Of a DNA stretch of 64,000 bases, positions 17,848 through 27,812 are shown piece by piece. The position numbers and the translations under genes are program-made. The notes beneath the pieces were generated by a model. It was not told the DNA's origin and did not search any database. It saw only the letters and a program-made list of their open reading frames with translations. Source of the stretch: Candidatus Omnitrophota bacterium (GTDB taxonomy: Bacteria > Omnitrophota > Gorgyraeia > B26-G9); contig JBDRPX010000006.1 in the NCBI GenBank assembly GCA_043826565.1, forward strand, positions 14,456 to 78,455, written 5' to 3'. How positions within the stretch are numbered: position 1 is the first letter of the stretch; each line of letters starts with the position of its first letter.

Positions 17848-20133
17848 TTATTCAATATTTTCCTGGGCGCTAACTACCTCATCCCAACTATCCACTAATA
17901 TTTCTCTGGCTTTTGACCCGCGGAATTCACCAACGATTCCTTCTTCTTCCATCATATCGATTAAACGGGCTGCCCGCGCATACCCTAATCTTAATCTTCT
18001 CTGAAGCATCGATACCGATGCCTGTTGGGTATTAATCACCAGTTTCGCGGCTTCTTCATACAAATCATCTTTTTTATCCTTGCTGCGGCTGAAAATCTTT
18101 TCCTGTTCTTTTAATACCTCATCCGTATAAACCGCGGACCGCTGTTCTTTACAAAAATTAACCACTTCTTCAATTTCTTTATCTGAAACAAGACTTGCCT
18201 GGGCACGTATAAGTTTGGAATTCCCGGGTTTTAAGAAAAGCATATCACCTTTTCCCAGCAGTTTATCTGCACCGTTCATATCCAATACTGTCCGGGAATC
18301 AATCTTACTGGCGACTCTAAAGGAAATCCTCGCTGGGAAATTAGCTTTAATAATACCGGTAATTACATCCACCGAAGGACGTTGGGTAGCCAGGATCAGA
18401 TGAATCCCGATTGCCCGCGAAAGCTGTGCCAACCGGGTAATTGAACCTTCCACTTCTTTTGCCGCAAGAAGCATCATATCCGCCAGCTCATCAATGATAA
18501 TAACAATATAAGGCATTGGCTCAAGCAATATTATTTTATCGCCGTCCTGAAATTCTTTCAAGCCTTCCTTGACTTTTTTATTGAATCCGAGAATATTTCT
18601 TGCCCCGACTTTAGCCAGAAGCTTATAACGTTCTTCCATTTCCGTAACCGCCCAGTCCAGAGCTCCGGCGGCCTTTTTAACATCAGTAACAACCGGGCAG
18701 ATTAAATGAGGCAATCCGTTATAAGTACTCATTTCCACCATTTTCGGATCAACTAAAATTAACTTTACTTCTTCCGGGCTGGCTTGAAAAAGCAGGCTCA
18801 TGATCAATGTATTCACACAAACTGTCTTCCCCGCTCCGGTTGTTCCGGCGATTAAAAGATGCGGCATGTCCGCAAGGTCTGTGATCAAGGTAGTTCCGGA
18901 AATATCTTTACCCAAAGCAAGTGTAAGCTTTGAATCTGATGTCTGAAATTCCTGAGTTTCCAGAAGCTCTTTAAGAAAAACCATTGTTGCTTTTATGTTC
19001 GGAACATCTATACCAACCGTACCTTTCCCGGGAATTGGCGCAACGATATGCACACTGGGCGCTTTTAAACTAAGCGCAATATCATCACTCAGATTAGTAA
19101 TCTGAGTAATTTTTACCCCGGGAGCAGGCTGAAGTTCATATCTGGTAATCACCGGCCCCTGTTCAACTTCTACAACTTTAATTTCTATACCAAAATCCCG
19201 TAAAGTCTCCTCCAAAATCTTAGAATTTCCTTCTAAGTCATCCTTTATCATTCTTTCTTCAGGAGGAGGCGGGTTAACTAATAATTCCAAGGACGGTAAA
19301 TTATAATCACCAATCACCTGCGGCCGTATCGGCTTAGCAGGGGGTTTCTTCGGCTTTTGAGCCTTAGCTTTTTTTATTAAAAACTTAGGCTTAAAACTTT
19401 TTTCTTCCTCGTATTCTTCTTCCACCTCATTTTCAGGCTCTTCCTCTGCTTTTATCGACTTTTCCGGTTCTTGTCTTCGGAATTTATTCTTACTTTTTAG
19501 AAGCGGAGTAGACCTTTTATTTTTTATATTAAGTTTACTTCGCGTATGAGACTGATCAATATTTTCTTTAAAAGATTGGATACGCTCACCAATCATTTTT
19601 ACCAAATTGATCAAGAGTCGAGAAATCTGCATTAGCATAGGAAGAATAAGAAACTCAGTAGCGAGAAGCAAAGATAGGAAGAAAATTGTACCCAGGATGA
19701 CCATCGTCCCGACTTCCCCAAAATATCGGATAAGGAATAAGGATAGATATAAGCCGATAATACCACCGGCTTTTACCTGGCTTACTTTTGCCGGAGCACT
19801 CATGGTACTCATCATTGCCGAAAAAGAACAAAGTACAAGCAAAAAACCGATCAGTCTTAAATGTAAATTGGCCGTAATTCGCCCCATAATCTTGCCAATA
19901 GCCCAAATACAAAAAATTAAGGGAATAAAGTAAGCTCCCCAGCCGGAAACAAGCAATAGTCCCCAGACTAAATACGCGCCAACATTTCCCCCTAAGTTTT
20001 TTATATGGATATTGGGATTGGAAGTATTGAAAGCAATGTCGCTTAAGTCATAAGAAAAAAAACTAACAATAAGAAAAGCGCACATTCCTAAAAGGACTAC
20101 CGACCATACTATCCTAATTTGATTATCACTCAT
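17848..20133 (-). CDS. ftsK: DNA translocase FtsK
   Basis: N-terminal 4TM domain, PHLLIAGTTGAGKT Walker A, IDELADMM, ATQRPSVDVITG, gamma domain SVSMLQRRLRLGYARAARL. Confidence 0.96.
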   Translation of the reverse strand: MSDNQIRIVWSVVLLGMCAFLIVSFFSYDLSDIAFNTSNPNIHIKNLGGNVGAYLVWGLLLVSGWGAYFIPLIFCIWAIGKIMGRITANLHLRLIGFLLVLCSFSAMMSTMSAPAKVSQVKAGGIIGLYLSLFLIRYFGEVGTMVILGTIFFLSLLLATEFLILPMLMQISRLLINLVKMIGERIQSFKENIDQSHTRSKLNIKNKRSTPLLKSKNKFRRQEPEKSIKAEEEPENEVEEEYEEEKSFKPKFLIKKAKAQKPKKPPAKPIRPQVIGDYNLPSLELLVNPPPPEERMIKDDLEGNSKILEETLRDFGIEIKVVEVEQGPVITRYELQPAPGVKITQITNLSDDIALSLKAPSVHIVAPIPGKGTVGIDVPNIKATMVFLKELLETQEFQTSDSKLTLALGKDISGTTLITDLADMPHLLIAGTTGAGKTVCVNTLIMSLLFQASPEEVKLILVDPKMVEMSTYNGLPHLICPVVTDVKKAAGALDWAVTEMEERYKLLAKVGARNILGFNKKVKEGLKEFQDGDKIILLEPMPYIVIIIDELADMMLLAAKEVEGSITRLAQLSRAIGIHLILATQRPSVDVITGIIKANFPARISFRVASKIDSRTVLDMNGADKLLGKGDMLFLKPGNSKLIRAQASLVSDKEIEEVVNFCKEQRSAVYTDEVLKEQEKIFSRSKDKKDDLYEEAAKLVINTQQASVSMLQRRLRLGYARAARLIDMMEEEGIVGEFRGSKAREILVDSWDEVVSAQENIE

Positions 20134-20135
20134 TT

Positions 20136-20606
20136 TTAAACCCCGGTATGGCCGAACCCACCGGTATTTCTTTCCGTCACATCTAATTCATCTACTACAT
20201 CGAAATCCGCTTGGGTTATTTTATTAATTACCATCTGAGCAATACGCATACCTCTTTTTATCACGAATAGTTCCTTGCTAAAATTAATCAAGATCACATT
20301 AATAAGCCCCCGGTAATCAGCATCGACAGTTCCCGGAGAATTAACCACGCCGATCCCATGTTTTATCGACAGACCGCTGCGAGGCCTTACCTGAGCCTCG
20401 TACCCTTGCGGCAAACTAATATGAATACCGGAGGATATAAGTTTTCTATCCCCCGGCTCAAGTATCACATCGCCATCAACATCAGCATATAAATCCATTC
20501 CCGCAGAACCGTTGCTCATATACGCAGGAAGAGGCAAGTCCTCACAATTTTCTTTTCTCTTTAACTTGATTACGACCTTATCTAAAACAGAGCTTTTATT
20601 CTCCAT
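20136..20606 (-). CDS. dut: dUTP diphosphatase
   Basis: SAGMDL, RPRSGL, NSPGTVDADYRG, RIAQMV, RNTGGFGHTG. Confidence 0.96.
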   Translation of the reverse strand: MENKSSVLDKVVIKLKRKENCEDLPLPAYMSNGSAGMDLYADVDGDVILEPGDRKLISSGIHISLPQGYEAQVRPRSGLSIKHGIGVVNSPGTVDADYRGLINVILINFSKELFVIKRGMRIAQMVINKITQADFDVVDELDVTERNTGGFGHTGV

Positions 20607-22710
20607 GTTTTTCCTCTGATCCTGACTCTTTTTTAGATTCTACCTGTTTTATGCTTAAATTAATTCTTCCCATATTGTCAATTTCGATTACCTTAACCGT
20701 AACCGCATCGCCAACCTTAACAACATCTTCTACATTTTTCACAAACGTATTTGATAATTCGGAAATATGAACAAGTCCTTCTTTACCCGGCAGTATTTCA
20801 CAAAACGCGCCAAAGTTCATCAGACGGGTGATCTTTCCATTATATACCTTTCCGACTTCAGCTTCCGCGATCAATCCATGAACAATCGCAATCGCTTTTT
20901 CCGCAGCTTTTCCATCGGTAGAAGCAATTGATACCCGGCCATCATCATCAATATCAATAGACACCCCGGTATCAGCAATAATTTTTTTGATAACTTTTCC
21001 TCCCGGTCCGATAATATCTTTTATCTTTTCCTGAGGAACCATGATTATTGTAATCCTGGGAGCATATTCTGATAATTCCGCACGAGGCTTATCAATCACT
21101 TCAACAATTTTATCTAGGATAAAAAGCCTGCCTATACGTGCCTGCTCTAAGGCCTGTTCCAGCAACTGGAAACTGATCCCATCGATTTTTAAATCCAACT
21201 GAATCGCGGTAACACCTTTACGGGTTCCCGTCACTTTAAAATCCATGTCACCAAAATGGTCTTCTACCCCGAGAATATCCGTCAAAACTACCGCTTTACC
21301 ACCTTCTTTAACCAATCCTAAAGCAACTCCGGCTACCGGAGCCTTTATTGGTACGCCGGCATCCATTAATGCTAATGTACCGGCACAAACAGTAGCCATG
21401 CTTGAAGACCCATTGGATTCCAATACTTCCGATACAAGACGAACAGTATACGGAAATTCTTCTTTTGTCGGCATAACCGCCACAAGCGCGCGTTCCGCTA
21501 AAGCACCATGTCCGATCTCTCTTCTGCTTGTTCCTCTCATCATCCTTGCTTCTCCGACACTAAACGGAGGAAAATTATAATGAAGCATAAATCCCTTAAA
21601 CGATTCTCCGGACATATCATCGATTCTCTGTTCATCAGAACTTGTACCCAGAGTAGTTACCGCCAGACTCTGAGTTTGACCGCGCGTAAAAACAGCTGCC
21701 CCATGAGTACGCGGCAAAACTCCAATCTCACAACTTATCGGACGGATTGTTGTGCAGTCACGCCCATCAATCCGAGTTTTAGTTTCGATGATCATTTTGC
21801 GGACTTGTTCTTTTTCAACTTTAGATAAAGCTGACTTAACATCCGCTTCTATATAAGGAGAGTCGGTTGTTATCAAATTTGAGATTAAATCCTTGGCAAT
21901 CACACTTAATTCTCTATCTCTTTTTTCTTTGTCACTGATCTTATAAACCTCAGTAAGTTTTGCCAAAGATAATTCTTTTACTTTTCCTACTAACTCTTCA
22001 GGTAATTGTTTTAACGCAACATCTGCTTTCTTTTTTCCGCATTTTTTAACGAATTCTTCCTGAAAGCTCACAATCTCCATCAGTTTTTCGTATCCGAATT
22101 TCATTGCCTCGAGCATCAGGCTTTCGGAAATTTCCTTACACCCTGATTCGATCATTACAACTCCGCTCTTTGTTCCGGCAATGATTATTTCCAAAGAACT
22201 TTGTCCAATTTCCTCATAAGTAGGATTTATAATGAATTCATCATTAATTCTGCCTATTTTTATAGCACCTAAAGGTCCGGCAAACGGAATATCGGAAATT
22301 GACAAAGCCGCTGAGGCTCCGATCATCGACAATACATCCGGGTCATTCTTGCCGTCACTTGATAAAACCATCGCAATAATCTGCACTTCATTATGCATTC
22401 CTTCAGGAAATAAAGGACGTATCGGACGGTCAATAAGTCTGCAAGTTAAGATTTCTCTTTCCGAAGGCCGGCCTTCCCGCTTAAAAAATCCGCCGGGGAT
22501 CTTACCTGCAGCATATGTTTTTTCTTTATATTCAACCGTTAACGGGAAAAAGTCAACGCCTTCCCGAAGCTCTTTAGACATTACAGCAGTTACTAAAACT
22601 ACAGTGCCCCCATATTGCACGGTAACCGCAGCATTAGCCTGCTTAGCCAATTTTCCGGTCTCAACAATAAGGAGTTCTCTCCCTAATTTCATTTCTGATT
22701 TTTCTACCAT
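20596..22710 (-). CDS. pnp: Polyribonucleotide nucleotidyltransferase (PNPase)
   Basis: FFPLTVEY, GKIPGGFFKREG, RREIGHG, ESNGSSSMA, GDMDFKV, KH and S1 domains. Confidence 0.98.
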   Translation of the reverse strand: MVEKSEMKLGRELLIVETGKLAKQANAAVTVQYGGTVVLVTAVMSKELREGVDFFPLTVEYKEKTYAAGKIPGGFFKREGRPSEREILTCRLIDRPIRPLFPEGMHNEVQIIAMVLSSDGKNDPDVLSMIGASAALSISDIPFAGPLGAIKIGRINDEFIINPTYEEIGQSSLEIIIAGTKSGVVMIESGCKEISESLMLEAMKFGYEKLMEIVSFQEEFVKKCGKKKADVALKQLPEELVGKVKELSLAKLTEVYKISDKEKRDRELSVIAKDLISNLITTDSPYIEADVKSALSKVEKEQVRKMIIETKTRIDGRDCTTIRPISCEIGVLPRTHGAAVFTRGQTQSLAVTTLGTSSDEQRIDDMSGESFKGFMLHYNFPPFSVGEARMMRGTSRREIGHGALAERALVAVMPTKEEFPYTVRLVSEVLESNGSSSMATVCAGTLALMDAGVPIKAPVAGVALGLVKEGGKAVVLTDILGVEDHFGDMDFKVTGTRKGVTAIQLDLKIDGISFQLLEQALEQARIGRLFILDKIVEVIDKPRAELSEYAPRITIIMVPQEKIKDIIGPGGKVIKKIIADTGVSIDIDDDGRVSIASTDGKAAEKAIAIVHGLIAEAEVGKVYNGKITRLMNFGAFCEILPGKEGLVHISELSNTFVKNVEDVVKVGDAVTVKVIEIDNMGRINLSIKQVESKKESGSEEKHGE

Positions 22711-22783
22711 TTTTTTTCTTCTCTTCTCTTCTCTTTCTCTCTTCTATTTTTTCATTCTATTCTACTTCTACCTGTTACTCCCG

Positions 22784-23050
22784 TTACTTTCTTAACTTAA
22801 GTTTTTCTAAGATGTCTTTATACTGTTTAAAATCCTCACGCTTGAGGTAATTCAACAGCCTTCTTCTTTTAGAAACCAGCTGTAAAAGCCCCACTCTAGA
22901 ACTGAAGTCTTTCTTATGCATTTTCAAATGTTCGGTCAGCCCGTTAATTCTATCAGTAAGTAAAGCGATCTGCACATTAGAAGAACCGGTATCTTTCGGA
23001 TGAACCTTAAAATCACCAATAATCTTATCTTTTTGTGTTTTCGTTGCCAC
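22784..23050 (-). CDS. rpsO: 30S ribosomal protein S15
   Basis: [24 protein letters not shown]; GTG start after AGGAGGT; rpsO-pnp order. Confidence 0.97.
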   Translation of the reverse strand: MATKTQKDKIIGDFKVHPKDTGSSNVQIALLTDRINGLTEHLKMHKKDFSSRVGLLQLVSKRRRLLNYLKREDFKQYKDILEKLKLRK

Positions 23051-23079
23051 TGTCTCTCACCTCCTTTCAAGTTTAAATT

Positions 23080-23108
23080 ATTCTATCACAAATATTTCTA
23101 AAAGTAAA
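23080..23108 (-). promoter_or_regulatory. Putative sigma70 promoter of rpsO-pnp
   Basis: TTTACT-17 nt-TAGAAT with TG extended -10. Confidence 0.5.
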
Positions 23109-23141
23109 CACAGTAATCTCCCTATTCGAATACATTAAAAA

Positions 23142-23636
23142 TCAGTCTTTTAAAACAGGGTTTTTCTTCCATTTCCTTTTTAACTGCAACCGCTTATACC
23201 ACGGCATATAGTCTATAATCAATGTGCCGTTAAGATGGTCTATTTCATGCAATAGCGCGCGTGCCAACAAGTCTTTTGCTTCTATTCGCACTCTCTCTCC
23301 GCATTCGTTTTGTGCTGCTATCTCAACACACTTAGCCCGTCGGACATCAACCTGGATTCCCGGCAGGCTTAAACAACTCTCTTCCATAAAACACTTATTC
23401 CGGCACCTGAGCACTTTGGGGTTAGCTAATTTTAAAGGCCCCAGCCCAATGTCTACTACGAGCATCTGCTTGTTAATCCCGATTTGCGGAGCCGCCAGGC
23501 CAACACCTTTTTCCCGATGCATAACCTCAAGCATTCGATTAAAAAGCTCTCTATCCTCATCCGTTACCTTAGTAAGCTTTTTCGATCTTTTGCGTAATAT
23601 TGGATCATCATTTATACAAAGTTTCAATTCTTCCAT
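23142..23636 (-). CDS. def: Peptide deformylase
   Basis: GVGLAAPQIG, ESCLS (canonical EGCLS), HEIDHLNG. Confidence 0.93.
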   Translation of the reverse strand: MEELKLCINDDPILRKRSKKLTKVTDEDRELFNRMLEVMHREKGVGLAAPQIGINKQMLVVDIGLGPLKLANPKVLRCRNKCFMEESCLSLPGIQVDVRRAKCVEIAAQNECGERVRIEAKDLLARALLHEIDHLNGTLIIDYMPWYKRLQLKRKWKKNPVLKD

Positions 23637-23645
23637 AATTTAGAG

Positions 23646-24557
23646 CTAAAATTCCTCAATATATTTACCCGCCGAATAAGCCGCGATTGCGCCTTCACCA
23701 CAGGCAGTGATCACCTGCCGCAGAGGAACACGCCGGCAATCCCCGCAGACAAAAACTCCTTTTACCGAACTCTGCATTTTTTCATCAGTAATAATCTGCC
23801 CGCTTTCGTCAACTTCCAGCAGTCCTTCCAAGAATCCTGTTTCCGGCTTCATCCCGGCAAAAATAAATACACCGGAACAGGGAATTAACTTTTCCCGTCC
23901 GTCTTTAAACTTAAGCTTTGTTCCGGCAACAAACGTTTCACCTTGAATTTCATCACAAACTGCATCCAGAACTAATTCAATCTTTTCATTTTTATGTACC
24001 CTTTCCTGGACAATCTTATCCGCTCTGAAGGCATTACGACGGTGAACAATCGTAACACGAGAAGCAAATTTGGTCAAATATAAAGATTCTTCTAAAGCAG
24101 TATTGCCGCCCCCGATAACAACAATCTCTTTATCTTTAAAAAAAGGAGCATCACATACAGCGCAATAGGAAACTCCTTTGCCGGCAAACCTCTCTTCTCC
24201 GGGAATACCAAGTTTTTTGGGCGTAGCACCGGTCGCGATAATAACCGCTTTGGTAATTATATTTTCTCCTTCGGCATCCAGATTAAATAATAAATCCGAA
24301 TCCTGTTTAATGCTCTTAATTTCTTTTTGTGTAAATTTGAAATCATATTTTTTTAACTGGTTCTGAATTGCTCCGGCAAATTCAAGCCCGTTGATTCCTT
24401 CCGGGAACCCCGGATAGTTCTCCAGTTTCTCGATATACCCCAGACCGCCGCCAACCTGCATCTTTTCTACCAGTAAAACATTTAATCTTGATCTTAAAGC
24501 ATAAAGACACGCTGTAAGTCCGGCCGGCCCGGCACCGATAATAACCACGTCATACAT
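23646..24557 (-). CDS. trxB: Thioredoxin-disulfide reductase
   Basis: GAGPAGL, GVSYCAVCD, GGGNTALEE, GD...Q...A.GEGA.AA. Confidence 0.95.
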   Translation of the reverse strand: MYDVVIIGAGPAGLTACLYALRSRLNVLLVEKMQVGGGLGYIEKLENYPGFPEGINGLEFAGAIQNQLKKYDFKFTQKEIKSIKQDSDLLFNLDAEGENIITKAVIIATGATPKKLGIPGEERFAGKGVSYCAVCDAPFFKDKEIVVIGGGNTALEESLYLTKFASRVTIVHRRNAFRADKIVQERVHKNEKIELVLDAVCDEIQGETFVAGTKLKFKDGREKLIPCSGVFIFAGMKPETGFLEGLLEVDESGQIITDEKMQSSVKGVFVCGDCRRVPLRQVITACGEGAIAAYSAGKYIEEF

Positions 24558-24559
24558 AT

Positions 24560-27500
24560 TTATTTTTCTCCCCTTAAGCTGAATTTTAAACTAAACATAT
24601 TTAATCTCAACCAAATCTTTTTAAGTAACGGCTTATCCCTGAGGATTTCTTTCTTAAGATTATTATACGCATTTAGAGATTTTTCCACATCTTCCTTTAA
24701 TATCTCATGATCACTATAGCGGGCTTTAACAAAAAGTTCTGTCAGAGCCATAAAGTCCTCCATGGAGCATCCATGATGATCAGCTAAATGCAAAGCTATT
24801 TCATTAGGAGTTCTCCAGGTATCTAAATCCGCGCCAAGTTTTTTAAAAATAAAAAGTATATTTTGATACACACAAAGAACAAACCCGCAGGGATTAGAAC
24901 GCTGCCATAACTTCATGCGAATATCTTCTACTGGTTTTACCGGGCTCATCCATGCTTTTGTAAAATCATCATCCCTGAATTCCGATATTGTATTCCGGTA
25001 CATGTAAACGACCGTATCCCGGGAACCGCGCACAGCATAACGCAAACTAAAATCTTTTATTCTCTTAATCAATAGAAGTATTAAAATTATACCAAATAAA
25101 ATTGCCATAACACGTAAAAATATTAAAATATTTATCCCGCCTTTTTCTTTCAGTTTTTTAATTAATATGTTCTTTTCAGGCTCCGGGGTTGCCTTCTTAT
25201 CCGGTAGCATATTTTGCTGCTCTTTGGTTATTCCGGACAAATCATCTTTTACCTTCTCAGATTTATTTTTGTCTTGAGCTATTGCCTTTTTATCTTTTAA
25301 AGCATTGGCTTTTTCCTGATCCGATTTCCGGGAGGATTCTTCATCTTTATTATCTTCCCCCTTTTCTTCTTTCCTGTCCTGATCTGCGTTTTTTGCTTTT
25401 TCCCCGGCATTAAGGCTACCCGACTGACTTGCGGATTCTGCCCCTTTAGGTGATTCTTTTTTTTGTCCTCCGGAATCTTTATCTTGCGGCTGTTTTTTAC
25501 CAGCATCAGGCTCGGTTTTTTTATCACCAGTATCTTTCTTTTTGTCATCTCCGGAATCTTCTTTGGGATTAGCACTACTATCATCCTCTGCTACACCTTC
25601 TGAATCACCACCTCCTGAATCATTTTCGGAATCTTCACCTTTCTGACCACCACCCAGACCTTCTTCTCCACCCCCCTGAGAATTAGCCGGCCCGGACAAA
25701 CCATCACTAGCATCATCACCCGCTGAATCCCCGCCCGGTTTTTCTTTATTTCCAGCGCCTTGAGCATCTCCATCACCTTTTCCGGATAAGGTATCCCCGC
25801 CGGAAGCAGTTGTGTCTCCGCCTTGAGAGTCTCCTAATCCTTCAGGTTCTTTACCCATGTCCCCGGGAGCACCATCACCACCTGAGTCACCAGAACCGCT
25901 ATCTCCGCCCATAGGACTTTCTCCTTTACCTGCTTGCGGCTGGCCTTGCTCACCTCCGGAAGAATCTGTTCCGCTCTCACTACCCTGCCCGGAACTATCC
26001 ATTTCTCCACCGACATCTTTGTCCCCGTAAACTCCGGGCATTCCCGATTCCTCCCCCGAAAAATCTGAAGTATTGATACCAGTATTTTTTCCCGCGGAAT
26101 TACCCGGTTCTAAACCAGCATTTTCTCCTTCGTTACCGTTTATACTTTCACTTTTTCCATTATTTTCTTTTCCCTGGCCTTTTCCTTCTGCACCCTTACC
26201 TTCACCTTTGTTGCCCTTGCCTTGCCCTTCGTCACCTTCACCTTCACCTTCGCCTTTTTTCCCTTTACCGATTCCTTCTTCCCCTTCACTATCGCCTTCT
26301 TCATTATTTCGCTGGCCTTTTGTTTCTTCTCCTTTGCCATATTCGCCGTCTTCATGTGTAGCTTCCTTGCCACCGCCTTTTCCGGTATTATCTTTACCGT
26401 CTTTTCCCAGGCCCTGTTCTTGTTTTCCCTGCCCCTGGCCTTCGGTATCTTCTCCTGAGCCCTTACCAATGGCCTTAATTTTACCCCATAACCCGGAAAG
26501 CGCCATCGCCAGTTTCGTATCCTGTTTCCCTAATGCGCCGCTAGCAGCGACATCTTCTGATAAATCTCCAGGCTTAATTTCAATTTTATTCTGCGCAGCA
26601 ATTTGCTTTTCTGCACCGGCAGCTGATTGTTCTTTAAGCTCCTGCATGGCCGCTTCAATTTTTTTCAGTTCTTCTGTATCTTTTTTTAACTTGCTTAAGA
26701 CAGCCTGAGCTTTTTCTTTATATGACGCGTCTTCTTTAGCCAGATAATTCAAAAGATCATATGACTTTTTTGTTTTTGATATTGATTGCGTTAACTTCTT
26801 TTTTTGCTGCTGTAAATATTCCCGGGAGCCTTCGGCAAAACCAGCTTCGCCGGTCTGCCCCCCGCTATCCTGATTTTTATCCGCTTTACTTAATTTATTT
26901 TTTCCCTGCCCATATTCAGACTCTCTGACTTTCCCGGGTTTATGATCAAATTCTTTGTCATCTATTTCTGATGTTCCCCCGCTTTTAACTATCTTGGGCT
27001 GTTTCCAGCGGTTCCCATAATAAGACTCCGCTTCTCCCCTTTTATCTTTAGGCATAATTAATGATTTAAAATAATCCGGAATATCCTGCTTATCCACAAG
27101 CACTGCATTGCTTTTTATATTGTTTAATTTCACATCTGCTTCCGGCATTAACCGAAAATTAACCAGCGATGAGCCCTCTCTGCCAAGTTCCATTTTGAAA
27201 GAAAATTTAGGCACAAGGCAGGTAATTCCCAAAGCCAGTGCTCCGATTATCAACAAAAACATGACCGAAAATAAGAATCGCCTGCCTAGACGGATATTAT
27301 TAAATACAAATTTTTTATCGGACTTCTGCTGAGTAAAGCTGAATTGGGTTATCTGAAATAATAACAGCATCAGAAACAGCGTTCCAATCATAAATATTGC
27401 CTGCAAACGCCCGGGGAATGGTAACGGCAGGCACATTGAGAATATTACAATAAAAATACTTTCAAAGTGTACCGGAGTTAGCCGAAAATCACTCTCGACG

Positions 27501-27805
27501 CAAAAACAATTTACTCCGAGAATAAAAAGAAACAATTGCATAAGTGCCGGTAAAGACGGCTGCTGTAAAGGCATCCTGATCAGGACAAAGGCCACGAGCC
27601 CGATGAGAAAAATACCGGCAACAGTCCGGATTTTTTTCTTAAGGTCCTCCGGCGATGCTGCGCTGAACATTAAACCAACCGCGCACATCAACAAAAAAGC
27701 ACCGATATGCCAAAACTCCAATATCTGCGATACCGATAGAATCGCGGCAAAACATAAAATAAAGGTTAGGATATAATATAATACGCTTACGTTATTTTTT
27801 TTCAT
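24560..27805 (-). CDS. Large membrane protein: multi-TM N-terminus, long low-complexity region, TM helix, C-terminal DUF4129-like domain
   Basis: About 6-7 N-terminal TM helices, coiled coil, ~430 aa G/E/K/S/D/Q-rich stretch, TM near residue 900, C-terminal TPNEIA...LTELFVKARYSDH; third gene after MoxR and DUF58. Confidence 0.75.
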   Translation of the reverse strand: MKKNNVSVLYYILTFILCFAAILSVSQILEFWHIGAFLLMCAVGLMFSAASPEDLKKKIRTVAGIFLIGLVAFVLIRMPLQQPSLPALMQLFLFILGVNCFCVESDFRLTPVHFESIFIVIFSMCLPLPFPGRLQAIFMIGTLFLMLLLFQITQFSFTQQKSDKKFVFNNIRLGRRFLFSVMFLLIIGALALGITCLVPKFSFKMELGREGSSLVNFRLMPEADVKLNNIKSNAVLVDKQDIPDYFKSLIMPKDKRGEAESYYGNRWKQPKIVKSGGTSEIDDKEFDHKPGKVRESEYGQGKNKLSKADKNQDSGGQTGEAGFAEGSREYLQQQKKKLTQSISKTKKSYDLLNYLAKEDASYKEKAQAVLSKLKKDTEELKKIEAAMQELKEQSAAGAEKQIAAQNKIEIKPGDLSEDVAASGALGKQDTKLAMALSGLWGKIKAIGKGSGEDTEGQGQGKQEQGLGKDGKDNTGKGGGKEATHEDGEYGKGEETKGQRNNEEGDSEGEEGIGKGKKGEGEGEGDEGQGKGNKGEGKGAEGKGQGKENNGKSESINGNEGENAGLEPGNSAGKNTGINTSDFSGEESGMPGVYGDKDVGGEMDSSGQGSESGTDSSGGEQGQPQAGKGESPMGGDSGSGDSGGDGAPGDMGKEPEGLGDSQGGDTTASGGDTLSGKGDGDAQGAGNKEKPGGDSAGDDASDGLSGPANSQGGGEEGLGGGQKGEDSENDSGGGDSEGVAEDDSSANPKEDSGDDKKKDTGDKKTEPDAGKKQPQDKDSGGQKKESPKGAESASQSGSLNAGEKAKNADQDRKEEKGEDNKDEESSRKSDQEKANALKDKKAIAQDKNKSEKVKDDLSGITKEQQNMLPDKKATPEPEKNILIKKLKEKGGINILIFLRVMAILFGIILILLLIKRIKDFSLRYAVRGSRDTVVYMYRNTISEFRDDDFTKAWMSPVKPVEDIRMKLWQRSNPCGFVLCVYQNILFIFKKLGADLDTWRTPNEIALHLADHHGCSMEDFMALTELFVKARYSDHEILKEDVEKSLNAYNNLKKEILRDKPLLKKIWLRLNMFSLKFSLRGEK

Positions 27806-27812
27806 ATAAATT

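Noticed and set aside
23051-23141. S15 autoregulatory leader RNA
   Set aside because: The predicted promoter leaves only about 25 nt of leader, too short for known structures.
23142-23636. Inactive peptide deformylase because of ESCLS instead of EGCLS
   Set aside because: The metal ligands (Cys, HEIDH) and motif 1 are intact; a single Gly-to-Ser change is not evidence of inactivation.
25170-26470. Possible repeat array or CRISPR-like structure
   Set aside because: Repeats are codon-level and irregular (e.g. CCTTCA runs); no constant repeat with unique spacers and no cas genes.
26073-26708. 211-aa Pro/Ser-rich + strand ORF and overlapping Lys/Val-rich frames
   Set aside because: By-products of the Gly/Glu/Lys codon repeats of the 1081-aa gene, either antisense to it or in its alternate frames.
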